A DNA stretch of 63,149 bases, counting the filler, from Atractiella rhizophila (Eukaryota), in NCBI GenBank assembly GCA_021432655.1. It is 3 parts of 3 records of this genome, joined end to end, with 100 filler letters (N's around TTAATTAATTAA, not from the genome) between each part and the next. Parts side by side here need not be neighbours in the genome. Positions count along the whole stretch, not along the records: positions 1 to 22,780 come from MU271810.1; 2 more parts are not named here. One strand, 5' to 3'. The notes under the pieces were generated by a model. It was not told the origin of the DNA and searched no databases. It saw only the letters and a program-made list of their open reading frames with translations. Below, piece by piece: positions 1-15,615 of this stretch (its first letter is position 1; the number at the start of each line of letters is the position of its first letter). The position numbers and the translations under genes were made by a program.

Positions 1-1028
1 GTCAACGGACAGTCCGGTCCGAAGCTTTCCAATCCGTCCCTTTCATCAATCCCGTCTCTCATTGCACTCTTCCTTCGGCTAGCTTCTCCCACCGACATCT
101 CGTTCCTCCCACCCGCCACCTCCTCAACGCTAATATCAACAGGACCCTCCTCCAATGCTCCTCCAGTCATTACCGATCTCGTGTCCTCCATACACCTACG
201 GTCCCTCGAATGTCTGAACAACCTTTTGATAGTCGTCGCTCGTTCTGCAACACTGCCAAAGGAATACGCATCCATATGTCAAATGACATGGAAAGAAGTT
301 GGTCGCATAGCCGAAACCACCCAGATGATTGAAGCGTTTTCCGCGAAAAGCGGTGGCAACGCGAAGGACAAAGGCAAGGACAAGGAGGAAATGGACATCA
401 AACAGGAGGTGTTAGAAATGTGCGTTGGGTGCTTATGGGCGTTGGCACGAGCAAAGGTAGACGAAAGCCTCGGCTTCTCTCCTGAAGAGATCGAATTTGT
501 GAAACGGCTCGCTACCAATTCTAATTCTTCCTCCATCAAGTTGAGAGCTGTTGGGACACTTGGTTGTCTAGCATCGCGGACTGGTGTATCTATTGCTGAG
601 AACGAGGTCAGTAATCTACTCATCAACCCCACTTAATCCTTACTTGATCGGTATAGGCTGTTGGAAAACTTCTGTTCTCCTTCATCTCTCAAGTCGAACT
701 GTCAATAAAGGATGTGAATCGACTCGAGGTTATTCTTCAGGCGCTAGACGAGATCTTCGATGTGTACGGTGACGAAACCAGGGATTATGACATCGTTTTC
801 CGCCGAAACGATTTTATTGTTTCCTTGCGAAATGCTCGAGCTCAGCTCAAAAAAACTGTACGCTCGATTGTTTTTAGCAGGTCAATGTGCTCATGTCTTG
901 TTTAGATCAAGGGTATTGACAAACGGAAATATCCTGGTCTGCGAAGCCGTGCTGAAGGCGTATGGACCAATTTGGACGCGTATATAGAGTATCGGGAAGG
1001 ATTGTCATTCCCACATGAGATGAGCTAG
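1..1028 (+). CDS. SYO1: ARM/HEAT-repeat protein, Syo1/HEATR3-like; 3' part only, spliced
   Basis: Exons in ORFs 181-636 and 714-905 plus a last exon IKGIDKRKYPGLRSRAEGVWTNLDAYIEYR (stop TAG 1026-1028). The pattern ALDEIFDVYGDE...VF...IDKR...LR...NL resembles the Syo1 C-terminus. Confidence 0.65.
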
Positions 1029-1227
1029 ATACATTGGTTTCGAGGGTCAACAAAAGTATGAAGGTACATTTAGTGCATGTTGTAAACGGTAATCAGACAA
1101 TTGAAACTGGCAACTAAATGCGAGAATGAGAACGAGAAGCGCAACAGATTTGAGAGCAGAAGTACAAGCGAGGACAACATCTATACACAGTCCAAGAAGA
1201 TAAAAAATGGGAAAGGAAAGTATCGAG

Positions 1228-2105
1228 TCAAGCTGAATGAAAAGGAGATGAAGAAGTGGAAGATAACGTTCCCCAAGAATCTGAATCTGGGGACCATTGT
1301 TCGCGCTCCCGATTGTTCATAGTCTTCCACTCTTGTTGCTTCGTCCAAGTGTCAATGATGGTCTGCAACCGTTCCTCAATTTCGCACATCACTTCAGGCT
1401 CGCTTTCCCCATAAGTTGCAAATCTGGGTCCCGGTTCACCTCCACACTTTCTTCCACTGTGCCAGCTTCTTCAAAGAGGTCTCGCAATTCCGGCCAATGC
1501 AGGATATGGTTCTGATGGATGGCAATCCATTCAGTTGAGACCAAAGGATGATTTCCAGCAAGAAAATCATGAAGGATGGCACGAAGGTGATTTGCCTAGT
1601 TGTATTGTAAGCAAGAAGGATCATTAATCATTTGTGGAAGTGGGATGGCGCACAAGAGTGATTGTGTGTTCAGCTCTTTGGCGATCTCCCAATGCATACA
1701 CCAGAGGACCGAGATGTAGAGCTACTCGAAGTATTGGGAGAAATTCGAGAACTCGGTCCGCAAACACAATAGGGTCTTGATAGGTTTCCGTAACAGAAAT
1801 TTCTGTTACCGATCATTCATCATTTAGCAGACTTGCATGATTCAGGTACGCACCTCTGAAGAAAGGAGGATCCTTTTTCAGGTTTTCTAGCGTTTCAGCC
1901 GCGCTGGAAATTTCAGAAGCTGCGAAGATGATCTCCGCTGGAGTGAGAGGTCGTCCACGGTCGATGTCAAGTCGGCCATCAAAGAGTTGGCAAATAGAGC
2001 TGGTTGTTACAAATAAGCGTACAAGTGGTTGCACTTGGAAGGGACATACAAAGCTTGGGCTGAGTTGAAGACGATCACATACGGGTTGTATTGGAACGGA
2101 TCCAT
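1228..2105 (-). CDS. Hypothetical spliced protein, possibly degenerate
   Basis: ATG at 2105 and several minus-strand ORF pieces (1813-2034, 1436-1624) with intron-like gaps. No recognisable family; boundaries uncertain. Confidence 0.3.
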
Positions 2106-3216
2106 TTGATCAAGTGGGTATCAAGTTAGACAGGATATGCGCAGAATGCTCTGGCTAGAATAATCTGGTTGAAAAGCTGGGAGAAAAGAAGTTAGGGAAA
2201 TAGAGGGACCATTTATACTCTTGAAGCATGCGGAGTTGGTGAAGGCAAAAGGACCCTCACTATCTCTGAATCGCTCGAAAGGGACAAAGAGACTACATAA
2301 ATTTAAGCGGTTCTTACACGGCCAGATCTGGAAAACAAAAGAATCAGATGGACCTGTCACTGATTTTCGCCCACTGGCGATTATCAGATCTATTTGACCC
2401 TTTGTTCACTGGCTCGCGTGCACGATGGATAAACCGCGTTTACACAGAGAGAGTATCAAGTAAGGTCGATAAACTTTTAAATCTACAGACCTTTTTATAA
2501 GGTGCCTTCGAAATAACGACGCAAAAAAATATTGCCATAGCAGACAGTCGAAAGCGAGTGTCAGATTGAGTGCGGACAAAAGCTGTGCCCTATCTCATTC
2601 CCGACAGCACGATCAGGGCAACATCAAGAGCATTATTGCTTAGCTAGAAAGAGAGAGCAACAGCTGAGCACATCTATTGGGCACTCTGGAAGGTCATGAA
2701 GTTGCGGATCCTGTGCTGGTAATGTTTGGCGAAGCGTCCAGAAGGCGGCATAAAATCAAGAAGTTCTTTATGTGACAAGAAGACCACAAGCTTTCCATGC
2801 GGAGCAGACAAGCATTGACGAGATCGAGACATGAACCACCAATAACGCCTTGACCTCTTTCTCCCCCAATTTCTTAACAACGGCGCGACCCAAGAAGCGA
2901 AAGGTCGAGCAGGTAAGGATTTCGGCATCTGCCTCCTCAAAAAATGGATTGAAATTGATGAAGAGCAGACCAAGGAAGATAGTCGTACCTTTTCAACGTC
3001 TGTCTATCGAGGGGAGCTATTCTCATTCTCCCTGGAGTAGAAGAAACTGTAAAACCTGACCCAAAGAACGGCGCTCCGGAAAATCCTCGCAAACGAAGGA
3101 AAACAAACGAAGATATCCCAACTCATCGTGAGAACTTAGACATTAAGGCTAGCCCTAAGCGGGTATCAGAACAAGATCAGAACGATCAACAGCACGAGGA
3201 AGATCAGGATATAATC

Positions 3217-4220
3217 AGTCTGTACCTCTATTTGTGGTTTGGATCAAAGATAATGGGAGATGTGAAGTGGATGAACTTTCGACGGGGTCTGATTCAGACT
3301 ACACCACCAGCTGGATTTCTTGGTTTATGCAAACCAAAGGAAATGAGTACTTTTGTGACGTTGACGAGGAGTATATCCTCGACCGCTTCAATCTGACGGG
3401 ACTGAATGCGGAAGTTCATCATTATAGTCAAGCTTTGGAACTCATAACGGATTCTTTGGGTGCATTGACTCTTTTCCCTGCGGTACAATCACTGATTGTG
3501 GGAGCAGAAGAGGAGCTGAGCGACGATTCACGGGAAACAGTCGAGAGCCAAGCACGTCATCTTTACGGTCTTATTCATGCACGCTTTATAGTTACCGTCC
3601 GAGGATTGCAGAAAATGGCACGTCTCCACAGATTTTATATTAATTAGAACTGAAAGCAACTTTAGATTGAGAAATACAAGAAAGCTGATTTCGGACGCTG
3701 TCCCCGCGTTCTCTGCTACGGTCAACCCCTCCTTCCTGTCGGACTCTCCGATATCTCGTATCAGAAGGCCGTCAAGCTCTATTGCCCTCGATGTGAGGAT
3801 ATCTATTCACCAAAGAGTTCCCGACATGGAAGCATCGATGGAGCATACTTTGGGACTACCTTTCCTCACATGCTGTTCATGATGTACCCACACATGGTCC
3901 CTCCTAAACACGTTCCCAACTCTGGCTCTGGCGGAAATCAGGCGGGAAGCAGCACTGCTGGGAAGAATAATGGCGTGGTATCTATCTACAGGTTCGGTTG
4001 TCTCACAATTTGGCATCCAAGTTGACCTTGCGTGCGACAGGCCGAAAATCTTCGGTTTTAATGTGCACGAAATTGCCAAGCTGCAGCGGTGGCAAGAGGC
4101 CCACAAAGAGTTGTTCGTCTCTCTTATCCACCATAAGGAAACATGGCTAATTCAATGTTGCACGTTAGGCAAGCTGCCAGGCTAGAAGCCTACGAAAACG
4201 AAGGTTCAACTTCTGAATAA
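3217..4220 (+). CDS. CKB1: Casein kinase II regulatory (beta) subunit
   Basis: [70 protein letters not shown] and PKIFGF across spliced exons; stop TAA 4218-4220. Confidence 0.95.
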
Positions 4221-4466
4221 GTTTGTCTAAGATGAGTATGGGCTATCTTCAACTACCGCAGTTAGCGCAAGCGTCTTCCATGGAGTATCAGTCGTCTCTC
4301 ATGTTCTTCTTTGGTTCTCATGCAAACTCATGTCGTTCTGTAAGCTCATCAATTGGGCTCAAGTGATGAACAAAACGTAGTCGAGGTTACATGGGGAATT
4401 AAGTATTAACCAACTTCTCCTATTTAACAACAATTACGGTGGGACAAACCATACACTCCCTGTCTT

Positions 4467-6323
4467 CTAACGAGGACCGTGTTGCATCATGCCATCTTGA
4501 GAGTTCGATCCGTAAGAGTTATAACTCGGACCTGTAGATTCTGTCGTAGTCGAAGCGGGTCGGAACCACTGTGCACCTTGTTGTGAGAACTGTTGGGGAA
4601 AATTCTGATCAGGGGATTGAGGTTCAGGATGCGCTATCGATCCGAAGGATTGAGCGGTGTGAGGGGCGAAATCAGGAGCTGGAGAGGCTCGGTGGGGCAG
4701 AAGGTGTGATGCACCATGCGGAGAAGCTGACCCAGTGCTCATTGGGGGTGTCCTGAACTTTGGCGTCTCCTGTCCTGAGACGTTACCGCTGGTAGCGGTG
4801 TTTAGGAGCTCGTTTTGAAGGTACAGAGGCGGAGCACCGCCTTCGATCCAGGCCGAACGAAGGGAGGAAGTGAGAGCGGGAATCCCGAGCAGGGTGAAGG
4901 TGTAGAAGGCCCAGAGTTGGATCGCCACGAAAAGGTCACCCTATTCCACGTTGAGTACCTTTTCCCAGTGACTTGGAGAGATACCCACATTTAATTGCCC
5001 TCGAGTACCAACAGCGGTGATGACAATGAGAGCCGAGCACCATGAGACGGTACATCCGAAGTAGACGATGCCTTGAACAGTCAGATCGGTAGCAGCAATC
5101 TTCATCAATCGGACTATCCTCGCGCTGTCAAGAAATAGAGCAAGATTTGAATAAACCCATACCCTTCTGATCAGAGCCTTGGTAAGAGAGCGCAAGGCCC
5201 TGCTTGAACGAGAGCTCCTTCCAATCCTGCGCCAGCTTCTCGTGCAGTTCCACTTGCTGTCGTAGCTTCTTCCTCATCCCGAAAAACGCTACTCCACCCA
5301 CGCTTCCGAGTGTCAAGATGACCCATGCGAGTATAGTAGCATAATCTATGCGTTGCACAAGCACACACTGGTTTGAAGAATCTTGCAAGTCTTGCAGAGG
5401 TGGGCCAAGGAGCGTTTGAAGGTCTGACGCGAAAGTGGCAAGATTGTTAGTTTCGGCCAACCGCACCACCTCGTCTTCTAGTCGCTCCCACTTGTGGTAC
5501 GCATCATCGCACACAGCCGAGACCGCTCCTGCTAATGGCCAGAGCCAAATGAAGTGCAGAGCCGGGACAACGTAGGCGGCGACGAGAGAGCTGAGCCGAG
5601 TCTTACGTCCAGTCGTTGCCGCGAATTTAGATTTTTGGATGGCTTGTGAAGTGAACTTGGACTCGATGAGCGTACCCAGACCCTGAAAGCAATCAGATCC
5701 GCTTTCTCGCAGCACTGGAAGGGAACAGCCTACTTTGTACCAACCAGCAATGTACAAAAACGTCCCTGAAAGTGCACGTCATCAGACTTCGGCATTGGAA
5801 AACGGAGAAACACCACGTACAGCTACCAGCACGAAGGATGTAAATTCCCTCGTAAGATCCGTTTCGTTTTCCGTCCAGGATTGCAATCGTCTTCCATATT
5901 GCAGCTTGACTCAAAATGAGGTAGATGGCGATGGGGCCAATGAACAAAATTGGGGTATTGACAACAACGTAACCGTCTACAACAGTAGATCAGTTCCACC
6001 CACAGTGCGCTAGAGCGGACACCAAAGCAGACTCACCGACTCTGCGGAAGAACGGAAGGGATTTTCGTCGTAGCCACAAGCTACCACTAGCTGTGAGCTA
6101 GTTCAAGAAGGGAGGACCTCGAAAAAGCTCACCAGGCAATGGCAAGGAGGAGGAGAATGGCATAGACGACGCTGATGAATATGAATTGTCCTTTGGCGCT
6201 GTCTGGATAAGTAGGAAAGAATAAAGAGTGTACGACGACCGCTATCTCTTCCCACGGATTCGAGACTTGTCCAGCTTGCGTCTGAGCGACGATTTGAGCG
6301 ATTTCTTCGTTGGCGCTAGGCAT
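4467..6323 (-). CDS. Uncharacterised multi-pass membrane protein with S/P/Q-rich C-terminal tail
   Basis: Successive minus-strand ORFs (6129-6323, 5693-5947, 5128-5757, 4941-5195, 4467-4928), each with hydrophobic TM-like stretches, separated by short introns. Confidence 0.7.
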
Positions 6324-6910
6324 CGCGGATCACTGGACCTATGTACCGTGACGGAAAGCTCTATGACTGGTTGGTGGCCAGAGGAATCGGAAGGGAAAAT
6401 GACGTTGAGCGGTGGCTTTTAAATGCACGGCGCTGGGACAAGCGAGGTGCACAGTCTACGGCGTGCCTTTCCGAAGGCAATATATTGGTCAATAGGCCGG
6501 GAGAGGGTCGAGAGAAGGTGAGGGAGAGGGAAAGAGGTCAATTCGGATGAAAAGCTGCTTACTTTTTATTTTCGTAGTGGCTGTCCAAGGACCCAGCGTT
6601 GTTAACATGTGCGATTGGCGCGTACCGCGTGTCATTTAGGCGCCGGGAACTCTGTTAGCCTTTGGAACAAAATTGTGAATGCCGCGGGAGTTGCGGGAGA
6701 AATACTGGTTGTAGTACCCTTATGGCTGTTGGCAGCCTCAAAATTAAAGCAGCTCAGAACTGTAAGGAGTTTTATTTTGGGTGTATTCCGTTTGTCCTGT
6801 TTTCGCAAGAGAACCGTAGCTCTGGGCTTAAACAAGGTAAAGGAAACCACGATAAAGTTTGGTCTGAACTTCGTCTTCAGTGAGCAAAGAAGTGAGCAAC
6901 CATTGAGAGC

Positions 6911-8384
6911 ATGTTGATGAACGCAGAGCTTCTAGGGCGACTTACTGATGCTCATTGTCACCCTACAGACCATCCGGAGTGGGAAGAAAACGCATCGAAA
7001 ATCGCGGATGTCAAGCTTGGAAAAGTTGGTCACTTTCTCGCTCTTTGCTTGCAAGTCGAATAAGGGCCTGTTTGTAGATTGTCGTCATGTCTTCTACCTT
7101 GACAAATCAAGATTATACTACAAAACTCGCCAATATATTCAGAGACAAAGTCGTTCCTTGTTACGGTGAGCTTCATCATGCTGCCGATCAGAGGAAAGGG
7201 GACTCTGATCTATTGATTGTAGGTGTTCATCCTTGGTCTTTCTTTCCTAAACTCCTCCCAAAATGCTGAACCCAAACGCAAAGGTTCGCGCATCACATAT
7301 CGCTCGAAAATCCACCTCCTCCGAAACGAAAACATTACGAAAGCGTGTTCTTCCCTAAAAACAGCGATGGCATAGTCGAGGATCAAGGTTATGGTCAGGA
7401 GGACCTGGAAGAAGTTATTTCTCAATTTCCAGAGCCTACATCCCTACAGGACATGCTGTCGACTTTGTGGGTCCCACGTTTTGTTGAGCGGTATAACATT
7501 TTGATGGCGAAGAACAGGAGGCAGAACCTGCTTGATCACCCACAGGCAATGTTAGGAGAAGTAGGTCTCGATCGTAGCTTCCGTATCCCACGCGATCTCT
7601 CCTTCGATCCACATTCCGATGAAGCGCACGGCGTGAATCCAACAGTTGTAGAGGTCGCATCCTCCACTGACGGCTCAAATTCAAACTCGAAACCAGCTCT
7701 TCGATTCACCAAGCTCTCCACACCAACAGAACACCAGTTACAGATCCTTAGAGCCCAACTACACCTCGCGATAGATCTCCAACGCAACATCTCCATGCAT
7801 TCCGTTCGTGCTCAGGATATCACGGTTCAGGTTCTCGATTCGCTTGGAGAGTCCAGACAGGACGATTGGTGGGGATTTGATGCAGATTTGGAGTTCGATG
7901 AGAATGGGAAGGAGATCAAACCTGATCCAAGTCAGAGATGGAAAGGCGGAAGGACGCGGAAAAGAGAAGGAGGCAAGTCATTCGCTCTCAACAATACAAG
8001 TTCTGACAACTGGAGTAGGTGTCAAACTTGATCTACACTCCTATGGTGGTTCAGCGCAGACAGTGCAAGCGATCACAAGAAGTACGTCTCTCCCCAACCC
8101 AACATTTGGCCGCGGATGAAAACTTTTGAATAGAACATCCGAATGTCTACTTTTCTTTCTCAACAGTCATCAACTCACGGTCCAGCAAACTTCCCAGTCT
8201 CATCGCCTCTATCCCAGAAGACAGACTGCTGGTGGAGTCTGACTTCAACAAGATCGATCAATTGGACGAGCAGGTCGAAGACATGGTTCGTCGGGTCGGT
8301 GAAGCGAAGGGATGGAGCATCGAAGAGACTGTCGAGCGGATGGAGCGAAACTGGAAGGAGTTCAGCGAGCGGACAGACTTTTAA
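6911..8384 (+). CDS. TatD-family metal-dependent hydrolase (Scn1-like)
   Basis: DAHCHP, GVHPW, GEVGLDR, ISMHSV, LHSYGGS and LLVESD motifs in order; stop TAA 8382-8384. Confidence 0.9.
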
Positions 8385-8814
8385 ATTGTGGTCAACGGTT
8401 TCAAGAATCTGGAGATGTTGTAGAAATGAATGGAATTGATGTATTTCTAAACTGATTTTTCCACTTGATGCTATTTGAAACGCACGGCCACGCCAAAAAG
8501 TTGTGCTATGAGAAAAGAATGTAAGAAATGTAAAGTGAAAATCAGCCCAAAAATACCGGCTCGGGAGCGACATCTGATATCCATCACTTCCAACGAATTT
8601 GATTTGAATGCAAGACAGATTCCGCCCAGAAAGACTTTAAACAAAGCCACATAGATTTCCATTCTTTTTATAGTTTTTTTTCCAGTCCGAAGCATGCTGA
8701 TGAAGAAAAGGGGGATAAAACACAGGAAGGATTATTATCTAGGAGGTTGAATGAGTGATAAGCGATTGATTCACAGATGAGATGAGTTTGAGCTTTTGAG
8801 CTATCTAAACTTTC

Positions 8815-8842
8815 CATCGTTCAAACATCGTTCAAACATCGT

Positions 8843-8855
<13 letters not shown>
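8815..8855. repeat. 11-bp tandem repeat (CATCGTTCAAA)x3.7 overlapping the GMD stop codon
   Basis: Read directly: units start at 8815, 8826, 8837 and a partial unit at 8848. Confidence 0.95.
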
Positions 8856-10435
<1,580 letters not shown>

Positions 10436-11221
10436 ATGAAGAGCTAGCGAATCAGTGGTCATCAGCAAGCTGATCTTAGAGAGGTCTTGCACTTTGATAA
10501 ATTGGGGTGTGCACAAGGACAACACTAGAGTATTAAGAAGGAAGGAAACCAATCCGGCCAAATCTGATAGATTAGAGCTTGCTCAAGATAACGGCTCCCT
10601 GTTTTCTACCTCGCGAGATCTGCAGATCGAATGACCAGATATCTGCCTTAAGAAGATGGCAATGAAGCAGCAATAAGGGCGCATAAAGGTCATCCAGCAC
10701 AAAAACTCATAGTACACTCCCAACCCAATCGTTCCAAGAATCGCGAGAGATACTCACAAAGTCTGGACTGGTGTCCACCAGACACCCCAGATGGATTGGG
10801 AGAAAGAGTACCGAATCGTGACATGATGACGTTGTTGGGATGGAGGTATCGAAGGTGTTGAAAAGTTTTTAATGCTCTGGGAGGTGATTCCAATGATCGC
10901 ACTTGGTTGTTGCGGCAGCGATTTTGTTCACCCTTCTTGTTTTGTTCGATCAGCATAGACTAGGTTCCGCTCAAGTTTCACTTTCTCCCACTATGTCGCA
11001 AATGGCGCACGACTCTGATAAACTCATGCACGTCCCATGAAGCTTCATATGTTTATAAGGTGCACTGGAGGTCCGAATCGGTCTCGAAGGGTTTCACAAG
11101 GCAAGCAATCTTTCTTCAATGTCGCACAAACTTGCATGCATTTCCAAACATAAAACAGCGGGTGAAACAATCTACATGTTTTTTGCAGGTGACGTGGGGT
11201 ATCATTCCACTTCCAAAGCCT

Positions 11222-13806
11222 TCATCGTGGAGACTTCAACTTCTCGCGAACTTCCTTCTGTAATTCGAGCGCCGAAACCCTCTTGAAGTTAACAGAATTG
11301 ACATTAAGAAGAGACGAGTCGTCTTTGGACCTTGACGGCTGCTTCTCCATCGCGCTTGAGGTGCCTGAGAAGGAACGACGGCGGTGGATTGGAGTACGAA
11401 GGAGAGAGTTGAGGAGGAAGGTGAAGTCTAAACCTACATCTCGAAGCTTCCACGATGGAAAACATGAACACCAATCGCAGGGTCCTTCCGAAACTCGACA
11501 TGGAGTGCTTACAGTGATTGAATGGGTCATTGCAATCTCAATGCACTCCTCCACAATTTTACTGTTGTCTTCCCCTCCAATACCGTAAACTTGCCTCCTG
11601 AACATCTCAGCGAAAAGCTCCATCTGCTGTGATGCCCATTTCACAAAACCTGGAGCAAAGTCGTCTTCTCAGTTACGACGTCAACAGGCAACAAAGAACC
11701 GTTTGACACACCACTTGCCATCCGATGATCCTTGAAAGCGGTGAGGTACCACTCTCCAGTATTCTTCACCATCCCCATCCAAACCATGGCCAGTTCCGCC
11801 ACATAATGCTTGATGCCTCCACCAGGTGCAGCGTGATCGCCACCAATCCTTGGTCCGCTCGCGACCCACTTCACTCCCCGTGCTCGCTTCCTTACCATGT
11901 CCCCGCGGTTCTTGAGAAAGGTTTCTCGCGCCTTCTCAGCCTGTCCGAGGCGGAGGAGGAGGGAAACATAGGAGACGACTTGAGGACGGTGGATGTACGG
12001 CTGACCGAGAGCGTCGAGGATGGAAGAGGTCAGGAGCGTGACTAGAGGAGCTATCGCTGTGCGGAGCTGATTGGAAGATGTCGAGGAGATAGCGGACAGC
12101 TGGGGATTGACGGATTTGCCTACAGATCTGTTTAGGAACTATCAGAGGGGCATCGAGGAACTTGCAGGCTTCAATGACATCAACTGCGTCGTCCCACTCC
12201 CGCAATTTCACCTTGACCTCCAACTCATGACCCAAATCATCAATCCATGTCTCCCCTTCATATCCCAACTGTTTGCCTATTTCCAGCACTCCTCTCTCAA
12301 TATCTTTGCCCTCCCCTCTCCCCCTTAAATCGGTTTTGACTCCCGAGTAGCTACTTCCAATATTGTCCTTCCTTTTCTTGTTCATAAGCTCTTCTGCAAC
12401 CTTCTTGAAAGCCAACAAGAGCGCTCTCTTCTCCTCCGCTTTTTCTGTGCGATAGATGAACACCACTCTTCCCTGCTTAATCTTCAAAGCGTTGGTCAAA
12501 CCTAGGAAAGACAATGAGGTGGATCCATCCAGTATAGGAAAGAAGAGAAACTGACTGCCTCCATCTTTCATATCTGTCACCATTATATCCGCTAGATCAA
12601 AGCAGCGATCAGCGACCAGTTTGCCTCTGCCCTCTCCACCAGCAGCGGCCCTCTTCTTTACCGCTACGAGCAAGGCGTCATTGAGCAAGAAGAGGTGGAC
12701 ACCTTGTTTGGGACGGTAAGTGGCCGAATTGAGCTCGATGAAACCAGGCGATTCGGCGATGAGATGCCTGCCAGGTAGAGGCGGGAGGAAACGCTGAGAA
12801 CCTTCTACGCCGGACCAGAGCGCAGAGAGTTGCGAGCGGTACAAGGCTGCGAGATCGCCTATGGAATTGCGGTTCGAACGTCGATCTGCTCGGGCGCGTC
12901 CATTAGTCAGTCAGAGGAGAAGGTTGTTGGAAGTGGAAGTGGAAGTGAACTAACTCACCGTTCATGCTCGATTCCATCTCTTCGAATTCGCTCCCTATCT
13001 CTGAAAGACTCTCCGGAATCTTTTTCCACTCTTCAAGCACACTTTTGAGCTCTAAAACGTCATTTTCGAGCGTGGAGATCTCTTTCGATATCGTCACGAA
13101 TTCGGAATAGTTCCTGTAAAGCAGTAAGGTCAAACATTGAACCCTCTCATTGGAACGTAAAGGGCGAACTTGAAAACGGTCTTCTGCATCTCTTGAGAAG
13201 TCTTCTCCGCTTCTTCCTTCAGGCTCGCCTTGAACATCCTCAAGTTCTGAACCTGTGCCTCAGAAGCGTTAGGGAGATACCTCCTCAAAACTACACTTCT
13301 TGTCAATTATCCAGCCTTCTCAGGAAGAAGAGGCAGGACGCACAATCGTCTGCATTGAACCCATCTGCCGCCAACGCATCCGTATCAATCTGCACCTTCC
13401 TCTGCTCCATCACCGGCGCGGTTCCAAGCACCTGTCTAGTGATTCCGGGTCTCACGCCCTCCAGGCTCTCGAGGAACTCTCTGGGTACATCAGGCACGGG
13501 AACGCTCCCTCCAGCTCCTGATCGAAAATCGGGCAAATTGAAGGTGTTGCCATACGAGACTGACTGTCTCTTCTTGAGGAGGGCAGCGCCGATCTTGGAC
13601 GGGTTTTGAGGTCTCGGAATAGCCGCGGGAATGGCATTCGATGACGGTTCGCGACGACGGTCGTCTCGCCGTGGACGTGCTGGTTGCGGTTGGGAGTCCA
13701 CTTCGCGGCGTGTGGAAGAAGAACCGTTCGAAAGTGGAACGGTCGGACGAGGGGGGTTGCTTGAAGAGTAGTTCGAGGGGCGGGAGCGGGTGGTTGGTTG
13801 GGACAT
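11222..13806 (-). CDS. EXO84: Exocyst complex component Exo84
   Basis: KKRQSVSY, NYSEFVTISKEISTLENDVLELK, LWSGVEGSQRFLP...HLFLLNDALLVA (PH-like), FAEMFRRQV and LRDVGLDFTFLL. Confidence 0.9.
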
Positions 13807-14474
13807 AGTAGCTTGGATTCAGGCGCTCTGCCCTCCAATTCTTGCTCCTGCTCAATGGCTCTGGCTCTGGGTAACTTGAGTCCAAGGCGATGGTTTGGCC
13901 AGATTTGGTGGCAACCAACAAAGTTGAGATCTTGCCTTCTGGGCAAATACTGTAGAGTCATAGGTGTATGTTGGGCTTTTTGCTATTCACAGAATGATTG
14001 TTCTCTCTTAGAGTAATGGGAGCACAGAGGCTGGGAGGTGTCAGTAAATGCGCGTAAAGAGTTTGTTGAGCATGAAAGCTGCGCTCAGAAATCATCCGAA
14101 AAAGACGCTCAATTTCATGTGAAGACGCGTCACGACCCGAACCGCGAAAGGGATCAGTTTATTCTTTGATTTTTCGCAAAAAGGGTCTGTGAAAGCGCAT
14201 CAAACTTCGAGGGAGGTGCATTCTGCTCGACGTCATTCGATCCAGTCAACTATATAATCAGATATAATCTCATTGCTATAATTTCCCGTCCCGTTCAGCA
14301 AAAGTCGGGACGCGCCTTGTTCTAGCGTGTTTTTCGACGGGATTGCCAACCAGCCCTATAAAAAGGGAAGAGCTTGCCCAATCCTTTCGCTCTCTCAACC
14401 ACCATCTTCGTTCTGTTTAGTCCGCGTGAAAACCCCCTCTCCCTTTTACAAATCACAGGTAACAGTCCAGCGGC

Positions 14475-15615
14475 ATGTCTTCTCACAAGAAGTCCAACAG
14501 CCTCTCGAGGAGCATTCGCAGGCTTTGGGGAAGCGTCGACCTCAAGATATCGACAAAGGCTAACCAGGGTCCTCCGTCCAAGTCCGTCGACGTCACGAAT
14601 TCCGATTTTTGGGCCGATAGGCAGGTTGTGGGAGTGGATCTGCACGGTGTGAAAGAAACGAAGAGAGATGCGAAGGACGGAAGCGTCAGTTCAGGCTCAT
14701 CTGCCGATGTGGGTACTTTCATTGTCGCATTCCTGTCGATACTCAGTGGAGGAATGGCGGCGACAGGACGAATCAAGCCCTCGAAACTCGACTTCGACCG
14801 GTTCCACCTTTTCGGTCTGTTCGACCCCTCCTCGCTCTTCGATCAGCAGTATGGGAAGCTCGCCTCCTCCTCTGCCAAAGAAACCGCGAGCGTTCTATAC
14901 CAACTTGAAGAGACCGGTCAAGAAATTGTCGTTGTCATTCAAGTTCTCGCTCAAGGACGTCGAAGAGGATTACACGCCTCAATCCCGACCTCGCCTACGC
15001 TCGCTTTCGCCCCGATGCCGTTTGACGCTCCGCTTCTCGTCTTGAAGGAACCGAGAAGCGTTGGTACCCCGGCTGCGGCTCAGCCTATCGTCAAGGTAGA
15101 AGGAGAAAAGTTTGCGCTCGTCGCTGGTTCTCCAAAGGAATCCGACGAAGTCGTGGAAGCGAGCGATGACGCGATTGGAGAAGAGTCGAACAGCGACGCG
15201 GATGCTTCGACTGATGCGTCCACTTTGTTTTCCAATTCATCGTACGTCCTTTCTAAGATTTCTGAGGACCGAAAACTCACATACATATGGTACGAATAGG
15301 CCGGCTAATACGTCCATTGATGTTTTCATGGACGAAAGTACTTCCTTTGATACTACTCCTACCTCGTATGTCCTCTTCTCACTCCCCCTACCTATCGAGT
15401 CTAACAAATTGCACTGTAGTGTCACTTTCAACGTTCCGATGTTCCCTCCCCCCTCTTGCGAGGAACAAGACTTGGGCTTCGGGAACCTTGCGATCGTGGA
15501 CGATGACGATGGAACTCCTATGTCTCCTCTCCGCTCTAGGACTCAGCTGTTCAAGCAGCAGAAGGACGAAAGGAGAGAGACTCCCTTGGATTTTTCCAAG
15601 TTGTTGACGCACTGA
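14475..15615 (+). CDS. Hypothetical low-complexity (S/P/D-rich) protein, spliced
   Basis: ATG-initiated ORF at 14475 with overlapping frames and GT..AG intron-like segments. Exon structure not resolved. Confidence 0.5.
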
